Shown one piece after another: positions 55,630 to 64,000 of a stretch of DNA of 64,000 bases. The notes under the pieces were generated by a model. That model was given only the letters and a program-made list of their open reading frames with translations. It did no database searches and had not been told where the DNA came from. Location: assembly GCF_032079385.1 (NCBI RefSeq), contig NZ_DAMAUC010000003.1, forward strand, positions 117,119 through 181,118. Reading direction: 5' to 3'. Position 1 is the first letter of the stretch; every line of letters begins with the position of its first letter. The position numbers and the translations under genes are program-made. The DNA is from Anaerocolumna sp. (GTDB taxonomy: Bacteria; Bacillota; Clostridia; Lachnospirales; Lachnospiraceae).

Positions 55630-55992
55630 CTTTATACACAGGCTGAATTAGTCCATTAACACACAAGCGCAATGAACAATAGCCCGCGAAAAACGCCAAC
55701 CAAATCGATTTATGTTTTTATACTGGGGGGCGAGGTCGCTTAACCGACTTCGAGGATTCTCGTCCATTGTCTCACATCCTTTTTTATTGATTGTATTTAT
55801 CATTATATCAGTTAAAAGTCAGATAGTCAATAAATGCTGATTTTGCGGGTTTTTTTATTGCTGATTTTGTGTTTTTTCGTAAGAAATCATGGTTGCTGTT
55901 TCGTAAAAAGCCATGACTGCTTTGTTGATATTATTACACCAAAATGATATACTAGTCACATTTCAAGATATATTAGCGGGAGGGGAATAAAC

Positions 55993-56934
55993 ATGATATT
56001 GAGTGTTAGCCGAAGAACAGATATTCCGAACTATTATTCTGATTGGTTTTATAATAGAATAAAAGAAGGATTTTTATATGTAAGAAATCCTATGAATGCA
56101 CATCAAATAAGTAAAATAGATTTATCCCCCGATGTAGTAGACTGTATTGTTTTTTGGACAAAAAATCCTGAGAATATGATGGATAGACTGGATGAATTAA
56201 AGGCATATAAGTTTTATTTTCAATTTACAATTACCGGTTACGGCAGGGACGTTGAACTTAATTTACCAGACAAACGACAGCATATGATCTCTGTTTTTCA
56301 GAACTTATCTAAAAAGATAGGTCCTGAAAAGGTAATATGGAGATATGACCCAATTTTATTAAATCGTAATTATACTATGGAATATCATGTAAAAGCCTTC
56401 AAAGAAATATCAGAAAAGCTAAGAGGATATACGGATAAAGTAATAATAAGTTTTATTGATTTGTATGAGAAAACAAAGCGTAATATGGAAGAATTAAATA
56501 TCAGGCCCTTTTCTGAATCGGAAATGTTAGAATTAGCAGCGGATATGGCTAAGATAGCATCTAATAATCAAATGGATATTGAGTCCTGTGCCGAAGTTAT
56601 TAACTTGCAGAATGCCGGAATAAAACATGGATGCTGTATAGATAAGAGATTAATAGAAAAAATTATTGGTTATAAGTTACAAGGTGAAAAAGATAAAAAT
56701 CAGAGAAAAGAATGCGGCTGTCTTGAAAGTGTTGAAGTTGGAACTTATAATACTTGTAGGAATGGCTGTAAGTATTGTTATGCTAATTTTAATGATGTCA
56801 GGGTAGCAGACAGTATCAAAAGGTATGATATTAATTCCCCGTTACTTTGCGGGGCTGTTAATAAGGATGACGTTATAACTAACCGAAAAGTAAAATCCTT
56901 AAAGACTGGGCAAATAAGCTTGTTTGATTTTTAA
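55993..56934 (+). CDS. DUF1848-domain protein
   Basis: MILSVSRRTDIPNYYSDWFYNRIKEGFLYVRNPMN..VDCIVFWTKNP matches my memory of the DUF1848 N-terminus. The C-terminal Cys cluster is CGCLESVEVGTYNTCRNGCKYCYAN. Confidence 0.7.
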   Translation: MILSVSRRTDIPNYYSDWFYNRIKEGFLYVRNPMNAHQISKIDLSPDVVDCIVFWTKNPENMMDRLDELKAYKFYFQFTITGYGRDVELNLPDKRQHMISVFQNLSKKIGPEKVIWRYDPILLNRNYTMEYHVKAFKEISEKLRGYTDKVIISFIDLYEKTKRNMEELNIRPFSESEMLELAADMAKIASNNQMDIESCAEVINLQNAGIKHGCCIDKRLIEKIIGYKLQGEKDKNQRKECGCLESVEVGTYNTCRNGCKYCYANFNDVRVADSIKRYDINSPLLCGAVNKDDVITNRKVKSLKTGQISLFDF

Positions 56935-57098
56935 ATGAAAGAAAAATTAATTGTTAGATCCCTATTACAGCTGGAATTAAAAGCAAACAGATAGATAAAT
57001 TGATTTGGATGATAACGGCTGATAAGTTATAGGAAATAAAACTCATAAGCGAAAGAAAAATAGGATAAGAAGATAAAAATATTAAATAATTACCAAAG

Positions 57099-57140
57099 AA
57101 CTGCCGCTTGGGCCTGATATGCCTAAACGGCAGTTTTATA
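57099..57140. terminator. Hairpin between convergent genes
   Basis: AACTGCCG (57099-57106) pairs with CGGCAGTT (57128-57135). TTATAG follows. Confidence 0.45.
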
Positions 57141-57217
57141 GATGATTGATAAGCTTGATAGATTTGGAAAAACCAATTGTTCTCCTACACTAATCTGAAG
57201 TATATAGATGTTAATAT

Positions 57218-57556
57218 CTACTTATTTATTTCCGGTGAATTCAAGATACTCTGGCTAAGACCGATGGTCTTTGTTACAGGGAGTGCAAAACATATGCCAT
57301 GGGCAGCTGATCTGAAGCCGGTATTTTGTTTTATGAATTCCATAATCTTGTCAGCGGTTTCGTTGCCGGTGAGAGTTAAAATTATTTCTTTCTCAGTATC
57401 TATACTAATTCCCATGATTTCTTTGTGGAAGGAACTAATACCACGGGCATTTATTATAGTGGCACCGGCAGCACCTTCCGAACTAAGAAGTTCAACTATC
57501 TCTTCAGCAAATCCTGCATTAACAACAATATACAATGCTTTCATATTACAATTCAT
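57218..57556 (-). CDS. P-II-like signal-transduction protein
   Basis: 112 aa. KALYIVVNAGFAEEIVELLSSEGAAGATIINARG has a P-II-like fold pattern. Confidence 0.65.
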   Translation of the reverse strand: MNCNMKALYIVVNAGFAEEIVELLSSEGAAGATIINARGISSFHKEIMGISIDTEKEIILTLTGNETADKIMEFIKQNTGFRSAAHGICFALPVTKTIGLSQSILNSPEINK

Positions 57557-57576
57557 ATTCTATCTTCCTCCTCAGA

Positions 57577-57891
57577 TTATAATGATAACTTATCAACAGG
57601 AACCACAAAAGCAACACCTGTATTTGGCTTATCAAAGTTGAATTTTGTTACTAATTGATCCAACAATTTGGAAGAAAGATTGTCAGCAATTAAACATGTA
57701 ATTAAAACTTTCTTCTCCTCCGGTACAAGTCCCAGCATATCTTTAAAATACCCGTTTTTGACAGAACCTTTGGCGTACACTACGTCGATAAGATGACATT
57801 CAGAGTCCAATAACAATTTTAAAATTCCTTCTTTATATTTCCTACCTGCTATTAAGGTTAAAAAATCGATACCATGTTCAAGCTTAGTCAA
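57577..57891 (-). CDS. P-II-like signal-transduction protein (second copy)
   Basis: 104 aa. LTLIAGRKYKEGILKLLLDSECHLIDVVYAKGSV resembles P-II. Confidence 0.55.
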   Translation of the reverse strand: MTKLEHGIDFLTLIAGRKYKEGILKLLLDSECHLIDVVYAKGSVKNGYFKDMLGLVPEEKKVLITCLIADNLSSKLLDQLVTKFNFDKPNTGVAFVVPVDKLSL

Positions 57892-57930
57892 GGTTTTATC
57901 TCCCTCCTATATAATATTATGTTCTGATTT

Positions 57931-59601
57931 CTATTTGTCTACGTTAACTTCGTTTTGCTTATCGTTCCTGTTTTCGGCGGGTGTCTCCTCGTCAGGGTAA
58001 TTTCTTAATTTAACCAAGTGCTCAGCAAGCAATGCCAGCTCTTCAAAATCTTCAATCTCAGCATCTTCCAGTAATCTTTGTGTTTTATGAATTTCTATAT
58101 CATAGACTATACCCAAAAATTGAACAGCAATCAATGGAGTTACAGAAATAAATGCAATGATTCCAAAGCCATTAACTAAGATGGATAGACCACCGGCTTT
58201 TGATGTAGCCGCCACAGCTTGTGCTACCCCAAGAGTGAGAGGGGTTAAGAAAGCAGAAGTTAAAGCACCTCCGGATACACCACCAGAGTCAAAGGCCAGC
58301 CCTACAAACAGTTTTGGTGTAAATATCATCAAAATAAGTGATATGGCATAGAGTGGGATCAAAAACCATAGTATATGAATTTCAGTTAAAATCTTTACCA
58401 TAGAAAGCAAAGAAGCGAACCCAATACCGATGGCAAGTGTCATACGAATAGTCATCTTTTGAATATGGCCGTTGGTTAATTCTTCAAGCTGCTCTCCCAG
58501 TACCGTAACAGCTGGTTCTGATAAAGTGATAGCGGCACCCAGAATAAAACCAATAATCAAAAGGAGCCATTTAAACCACTCAGGACGAGACACATCTAAA
58601 AAGACTTCTCCAATGTATTTACCTGCAAATGCAAATCCATAATCAATACCTGAAAGAAAAATAAATAAGCCTGCAAATACCACAATAGTTCCCAGTAGAA
58701 TATCCATAAACTCTTTTTTGGGCTGTTTAATCAAGAAAAATTGAAAGGGCAGAAATACAATGATAACCGGCAAAAGGGCCAAAGCCACTCCTGATAGGTT
58801 GCCGGTAAGAATTTCACTTATATTTACCGCAGCACCCGGGTCATATATCTGTTCAGCAGGAAGCAGGCCGTTATATTGAGCGTTAAGGATTATTCCGTAG
58901 ATAGCCAATGCAAGAATAGGACCTACAGAGGCCAAGCCAATAATACCGAACGTATCATCATTACTTTTATGTTTAGACATGGTGACAGAAACACCCATAC
59001 CCAATGCTAATATAAAGGGCACGGAGATATCTCCGGTAGTTGCACCGCTGCCATCAAAAGCTAATGCAACAAATTCATCAGGAACAATAATAATTACTAA
59101 GAAAGTTATGATATACAATATAGCAAAGACTACTTTAATGTTTAAATCTTTTAGAATTCTAAAGAGAGAAAAACCTACCATTATACCAATGCCTACTGCC
59201 ATAATCCAGATAAAAACAGTTTGATTGATGATGGGCATAATCATATTTGTCTGTTTTGCTAAAACGGTTAAGGCAGGTTCTGCCACTGTAGCCAGCAGGC
59301 CAAATAAAAATCCAAAAAAGATAATAAGAGTTGCTTTTTTTAGTTTAATCAGTGATCCACCTACAAGCTTTCCTATAGGAAGGATACTAATATTCAATCC
59401 ATTTAAAAACAATGTTTGTCCCAAAACCACACTGACATAGCCTACGATTAATTTAACATAATCAGACATACTGTCTAAGGGGGCTATAAAACCACAAACA
59501 ATAATTATAATTCCAGCAAGAGGTAGTGAAGATAAAAAAACTTCTTTTAACGTAGTGGAAAAAATGCTTAGTTTACCTTTTATGTCAATCTTATTCATCA
59601 C
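57931..59601 (-). CDS. DUF1538-type polytopic membrane protein
   Basis: 556 aa and highly hydrophobic, with an internal duplication (FDGSGATTGDISVPF and FDSGGVSGGALTSAF). The pairing with P-II-like genes is typical for DUF1538. Confidence 0.6.
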   Translation of the reverse strand: MMNKIDIKGKLSIFSTTLKEVFLSSLPLAGIIIIVCGFIAPLDSMSDYVKLIVGYVSVVLGQTLFLNGLNISILPIGKLVGGSLIKLKKATLIIFFGFLFGLLATVAEPALTVLAKQTNMIMPIINQTVFIWIMAVGIGIMVGFSLFRILKDLNIKVVFAILYIITFLVIIIVPDEFVALAFDGSGATTGDISVPFILALGMGVSVTMSKHKSNDDTFGIIGLASVGPILALAIYGIILNAQYNGLLPAEQIYDPGAAVNISEILTGNLSGVALALLPVIIVFLPFQFFLIKQPKKEFMDILLGTIVVFAGLFIFLSGIDYGFAFAGKYIGEVFLDVSRPEWFKWLLLIIGFILGAAITLSEPAVTVLGEQLEELTNGHIQKMTIRMTLAIGIGFASLLSMVKILTEIHILWFLIPLYAISLILMIFTPKLFVGLAFDSGGVSGGALTSAFLTPLTLGVAQAVAATSKAGGLSILVNGFGIIAFISVTPLIAVQFLGIVYDIEIHKTQRLLEDAEIEDFEELALLAEHLVKLRNYPDEETPAENRNDKQNEVNVDK

Positions 59602-59991
59602 GATCTCCTATCTCAAATTGATAAGTAACCTGAACAATCATCGCTGATATTTGACAAGAAATGATTGATATATTTTGAAAGGCTTATAAATACCAGTAAT
59701 ATCATTTATATCAAATATTAGGATGTCTGAAATCGATGGTTTTAATTCATCCAGATTTTATTGCAGGCAATAGAAATACTTATAAATTAGGTGGTTAAAC
59801 ATAGATTAAGAGAACTGTTACAAACCAATAAGGAACACAAAGAAGGGAATAAGGAAGAACAGAGTCCAGAGTATAGAGAAAAAGAATTACCTGCTCCCAA
59901 AAAAATATTAATGTAATTCTTTTTACAAAATAGTGAACCACCCTATTAACAAAGGGGTGGAATATTAGACATATACAGATAAATATCTATA

Positions 59992-60027
59992 ATATCCTCT
60001 CGATCTTGGTGAGAGGATATTTTATTT
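59992..60027. terminator. Hairpin downstream of the GGDEF gene
   Basis: ATATCCTCTC (59992-60001) pairs with GAGAGGATAT (60011-60020). Both flanks are T/A-rich. Confidence 0.5.
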
Positions 60028-60060
60028 AATAGCTATACCTGCTTTTCAATATGAATAATT

Positions 60061-60897
60061 TTACACAACAACTCTATTTCTTCCTTTATTTTTGGCCTGG
60101 TATAATTTGCAATCCACTAATTCTATTACTTTATCAACTGAGTTTATACCGTTTTTCTTATAAATAGTCTGTACACCAAAACTGCAAGTCATTTTTAAAT
60201 GATTGGAGTCTATAATGAATTGTTTGACTTCCACTGCCTTACGTATTCGGTTTGCAATTCTGGCAGCGCTGGTTTTGTTAGTAGAAGGCAGGCAGATAAG
60301 AAATTCGTCACCGCCATACCGTGCCGCCCAGCCATCTTTTCTTTGTACTTGCTGATGTAAAACATCCGCAACTTCCTTCAGCATGTAATCACCTACAATG
60401 TGACCATATTTATCGTTAATTTCCTTAAAATAATCGATATCTGCATAGATAACGGATATAGGATTATCATTCTGGAAAGCCCATGCTAAATCAATTGGAA
60501 GCTGCTCATAAATATATCTGCGATTGTAAAGACTGGTAAGGGAGTCCGTAATAGCCAATTTACGCATATGGTGAATTATATTTTTATGTTTCATAGATGC
60601 AGACTGGCTTACCTCATTATCATTTACTGCACGTTGTATCAATTCCAAATAGCATGAACGGCCGCCAATAGATACCGGAATGGTAGTTGTAAGTACTATT
60701 GAATGATTATCCTCGCTGATTGTGAGTGCGGCATTGTATTGACCTGTAAAAGAAACAGGATTTTCATGTGACATGTCTGAGTTATCGCTGTCGTATAATA
60801 TTTTTGTACTACCTGTATCCTTAATTCGGATGACAGAATAAAATCTTTGAAGCATCTGCGTAGATGCTATAGCTTGACTCATGCTTTCAAAAATCAT
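60061..60897 (-). CDS. Diguanylate cyclase (GGDEF domain) with an N-terminal unknown domain of about 110 aa
   Basis: DSLTSLYNRRY and RYGGDEFLICL, with an RxxD-like I-site context upstream. Confidence 0.85.
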   Translation of the reverse strand: MIFESMSQAIASTQMLQRFYSVIRIKDTGSTKILYDSDNSDMSHENPVSFTGQYNAALTISEDNHSIVLTTTIPVSIGGRSCYLELIQRAVNDNEVSQSASMKHKNIIHHMRKLAITDSLTSLYNRRYIYEQLPIDLAWAFQNDNPISVIYADIDYFKEINDKYGHIVGDYMLKEVADVLHQQVQRKDGWAARYGGDEFLICLPSTNKTSAARIANRIRKAVEVKQFIIDSNHLKMTCSFGVQTIYKKNGINSVDKVIELVDCKLYQAKNKGRNRVVV

Positions 60898-61475
60898 GTT
60901 AACTGCTCCTTTTCATCTGGGAGATAATATCACATTTGAAACCATTTGGGGTGTAAAAGAGTGCGTTTCAGGTCTCATTGAAATTCTCCTTGTATTTTCT
61001 TACCACAGTACTATCTTTCTCAATAAACATTCAGACTTCTCAAACAAGATGCGGGACTTTTTTATTGGCTGTTTCCTGCGTCACTTTTTCTATTTCTCTT
61101 ACTTCCTTGGAAACACAGAGATTTCTGCGGTTTTTTCTAAAGTATAGAATGTTCCACTCTTTAAAAAATTGAATAGGAAATTTTTCCTACTTCGAGCCTG
61201 AGCTTGTTACAGGATGCTGAGATTTATGATTGCAAAGGTTTATAGAGCATAATAAAAATCGAATAATACATACACTCATGAAAACCTTTATTTTCCCTGT
61301 TCTCAGGTCGTTAATGAATTTTTAAAGAATAGGTTTTTTTATCAAATTTAATTGATATGTATAAAGTGATTATTTTGTTGGTATTCTATAAGAATATATT
61401 TTAATATTCTTTCAGATAATTTTCAAGTCTGAATGTATTCTTTAAGATTACTCTAAAGGAGGCTCATAGTATATC

Positions 61476-61805
61476 ATGTTAAATAGAAAAGAGTTTGGTA
61501 CTACCATAAAAAATGCTCGCATGGAAAACAGGTTAACACAGGAAAAGCTGGCGGAGTTACTGAATATTACGCCGGTACATGTAAAGCAGATTGAGGCAGG
61601 AACTAGAATGCCGTCCGTTGAGGTACTTTATAATATTGCTGTTACACTAAATTTTTCGGTTGACAATGCTTTCTTCCCGGAAAAGACCAGTGATAAGGAG
61701 ATGCTGTGTAAAATTGAACGTATACTGCGTATCTGCACACCTCACGATTTGCGTGTGGTTTATGCCACCGCCAGCGCTTTAAAGGACAAAGATTTTGAAA
61801 AATGA
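61476..61805 (+). CDS. XRE-family HTH transcriptional regulator
   Basis: RLTQEKLAELLNITPVHVKQIEAGTRMPSVEVLYNIAVTL. Confidence 0.8.
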   Translation: MLNRKEFGTTIKNARMENRLTQEKLAELLNITPVHVKQIEAGTRMPSVEVLYNIAVTLNFSVDNAFFPEKTSDKEMLCKIERILRICTPHDLRVVYATASALKDKDFEK

Positions 61806-62193
61806 CATGACTAGACTAGACATCATCCGTGAAATTTAGGTATATTCTCATAGAGATAGTATACCCAAGGTATTGTAAATTATGGATTTTTATCCAATCT
61901 TATTAAGAGAAGATAAGTGTTTCAATAGCCGCCTTTTTCTTTTCTTGACACGGCTGTTAAAGCAGTATAAAACCTGACAATGACAAGACTCCAAGTAAAA
62001 CTAATATATTATTATTTTTTCTTCCGACAATGATTGAAAAAATTCATAATCTAAGACAGGACCTTTATTTTATATTAGGTCACTGAAAAGTTACATATAA
62101 CCCTCCATATTTGATATAATAATCTTATCGGATATGGAGGGTTATTTTATGATTGAATGGACAAAAGTTGATATTTTGAATAGGAGGAACATT

Positions 62194-62649
62194 ATGAAAA
62201 GAAAAGCAGTTGGTGCAATCATATATGATAAGGATGGCAAATATTTATTGGTTCATAAAGTTAAAATAATGGATGGAAAAGTGAAGGAAATACATATGGA
62301 TTCATGGGATTTTGTCAAGGGAGGAGTGGAAGCAGGAGAAAATGATTTTGATGCCGTGAAAAGGGAAATATGGGAAGAAACCGGTTGTAGAACCTATGAA
62401 ATAGAAAAAATATTTAAAGAAAAACTTTGTTTTAAATTTGCAAAAGAAATCGCTTCTAAAATAGGTTTTTCATCCCAGGAGACGACTATGTTTTTAATTA
62501 GGTATCTTGGGGATGTGAAGGAGTTAGATAGTGCAGATGGTGAAATTGATAGTTTTATATGCTGTAAAAAAGAAGAGGTATTAGATAGACTTACTAATAT
62601 TGAAACCAAAGACTATTGGATAAAATACTTACATGGTTCATTAATCTAA
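62194..62649 (+). CDS. Nudix hydrolase
   Basis: AGGAGG then ATG 62194. Nudix box GGVEAGENDFDAVKREIWEETG. Confidence 0.8.
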   Translation: MKRKAVGAIIYDKDGKYLLVHKVKIMDGKVKEIHMDSWDFVKGGVEAGENDFDAVKREIWEETGCRTYEIEKIFKEKLCFKFAKEIASKIGFSSQETTMFLIRYLGDVKELDSADGEIDSFICCKKEEVLDRLTNIETKDYWIKYLHGSLI

Positions 62650-63063
62650 TTATTTGATAAATATAGGTTTCAATCTCATTGATAGTCCAATTCAGAACGG
62701 TTACCTTTGAAAATTATATCATAAAAGAAAAATGCAAAATATGTATCTTTATGTCGAATAAGTTGGCCTGACATATTGAAATTTACCATATTTTATAGTA
62801 TAGTTTCATTAAAATAGAGATATTATAGGGGCATTATTTAAATATAAAGGAATCTGGAAAGAGTGGGGAATTAAGAGAGGTGGTGACGTTATACCGTACA
62901 CGGGACCGAATTGTGAGTACGGTGGGACATGAAAATTGTAGAAGCGTGTTTGAATACGCAGCAGCAGTAAATTGCGCAGAAGTCTAATGCGAGTTAACCT
63001 CTCATGCCAATAATTGGGATTATAAAGGTATATTCCCCCCAAACCGGAATTGGAGGAAAGCGA

Positions 63064-64000
63064 ATGGGTAAAAAACCAAAAGGCAAGAGAATGTATTACT
63101 TCTCTCATAGACTTAAAAAGCAGCTTTTCCAAATACCACATTACCCTCTCACTATTGTGGAGGCACCATATGGTTTTGGAAAAACTACCGCTGTGGAGGC
63201 GTATTTAAATGGTAATCTTCCTCCCGGCGCTTGTGCGTATTGGTATACTTGCCTGGGTGAACCGGCTTCTATGGCATGGCAGGGTATTTGCGAGCTTTTG
63301 GCTAATGTGAACGAAGAAATTGCAGCTAATTTAAGAAAATTAGAGATGCCCACCTTGGATACCCTCTCCTATATGACGGCAATCCTCAGGGAATTTTGCT
63401 GCCAGAAAGAAACCTATTTAGTAATTGATAATTATCAACTTGTAGATTGTGACATTCCCCGGGAACTGATGAGTGTCTTTTCATTGCATGGAAATGCCAA
63501 TCTTCATATGATATTTATTACACAGCAATTGGAGACCAATCAACAATTTTTGGTACATAACACTCATATACACACAATTCAAGCATCCGATTTTTTCTTT
63601 GACCGGGAAGGAACCTCTAATCTATTCCAAATGGAAGGCATCCGGCTTACCAAAGAGGAATTAGAGAGTGTATTTATGAGCACGGAGGGGTGGGTATCTG
63701 CAATCCGTCTGCAAATTATTAACTTCGAGGAAAATGGTTCTTTTGATTATACCGCTGACATTGAGCATTTGGTGGAAGCGGCGATTTGGAAAAGGCTTAC
63801 CTTAGAAGAAAAAGAATTTTTACTTTCGGTTTCGGTGCTGGATAGTTTTAACGCCCGGCAGGCGGCAATCATGATGGGAAAAGAGGTACTGCCGGAGGAA
63901 ATTGAGGAGTTGTTAAAATCCAACGATTTCATACGTTACTTTCCTGATAATGGAATCTACAGCATGCACAGTATATTGCAGGATTATCTGCGAAACCGCT
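63064..64000 (+). CDS. MalT/LuxR-type STAND NTPase regulator, 5' part (runs off the window end)
   Basis: It is missing from the ORF track because no stop is reached. ATG 63064: MGKKPKGKRMYYFSHRLKKQLFQIPHYPLTIVEAPYGFGKTTAV (P-loop), LVIDNYQLV (Walker B-like) and EGWVSAIRLQ are typical of the MalT N-terminal region. Confidence 0.7.
   Translation, partial: MGKKPKGKRMYYFSHRLKKQLFQIPHYPLTIVEAPYGFGKTTAVEAYLNGNLPPGACAYWYTCLGEPASMAWQGICELLANVNEEIAANLRKLEMPTLDTLSYMTAILREFCCQKETYLVIDNYQLVDCDIPRELMSVFSLHGNANLHMIFITQQLETNQQFLVHNTHIHTIQASDFFFDREGTSNLFQMEGIRLTKEELESVFMSTEGWVSAIRLQIINFEENGSFDYTADIEHLVEAAIWKRLTLEEKEFLLSVSVLDSFNARQAAIMMGKEVLPEEIEELLKSNDFIRYFPDNGIYSMHSILQDYLRNR

Noticed and set aside
55559-55790. 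M-box (ykoK) Mg riboswitch upstream of mgtA
   Set aside because: I looked for the conserved M-box blocks on the minus strand and did not find them. I only report a terminator-containing leader. A covariance-model search is needed for a definitive answer.
57177-57658. Plus-strand ORFs of 154 aa and 77 aa
   Set aside because: They lie antisense to the two P-II-like genes. They are low-complexity and hydrophobic, with no RBS.
59789-59915. 38-codon GTG ORF (VVKHRLRELLQTNKEHKEGNKEEQSPEYREKELPAPKKILM) upstream of the 59992 hairpin
   Set aside because: The start overlaps its own putative RBS and the sequence is low-complexity Lys/Glu-rich. There is no way to assess conservation here.
62809-63353. 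Two minus-strand ORFs (110 aa and 70 aa)
   Set aside because: They lie opposite the start and 5' leader of the much longer motif-bearing MalT-like CDS on the plus strand.
1-64000. tRNA, rRNA, tmRNA and other standard RNA genes
   Set aside because: I scanned intergenic regions for T-loop-like GGTTCRANYC with flanking stems and for rRNA-like conserved blocks. I found nothing convincing.

Overview
Low-GC, Clostridia-like chromosomal window; the taxon is inferred from composition, RBS usage and gene content. The left third (1-23 kb) is an accessory, defence-type island. It holds decayed remnants of a serine recombinase, a DUF1998 helicase-associated protein, a DUF262 protein and a TnpB. It also holds an intact 1077-aa helicase-IV-like SF1 helicase with a nuclease-like insert and Zn ribbons. 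Next comes a tightly packed cassette I cannot assign to any named system: NrtR-like Nudix, small conserved protein, unknown-domain::SAM-methyltransferase fusion, a 9 x 18-nt tandem repeat, an SPFH protein and a NAD-kinase-fold protein. This is followed by a phase-variable Type I R-M locus (hsdM-hsdS-recombinase-inverted start-less hsdS'-hsdR) with three inverted-repeat pairs, and an overlapping HNH / MazG-like gene pair. The remaining 41 kb is mostly ordinary. It contains a group II intron remnant, a GC-rich AraC-linked iron-siderophore ABC operon, a two-component system with three ABC exporters and a LysM-GH18 hydrolase. It also contains LacI/PHP genes plus a CUT1 sugar ABC operon, an AraC plus oxidoreductase/TIM-barrel operon, a truncated sigma factor and an EamA transporter. 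The right end holds mgtA with a terminator-containing leader, DUF1848, DUF1538 with two P-II-like genes, GGDEF, XRE, a Nudix gene and a MalT-like STAND regulator that runs off the right edge. I recognised no rRNA, tRNA or CRISPR array. All calls come from reading motifs by eye; no database search was possible.
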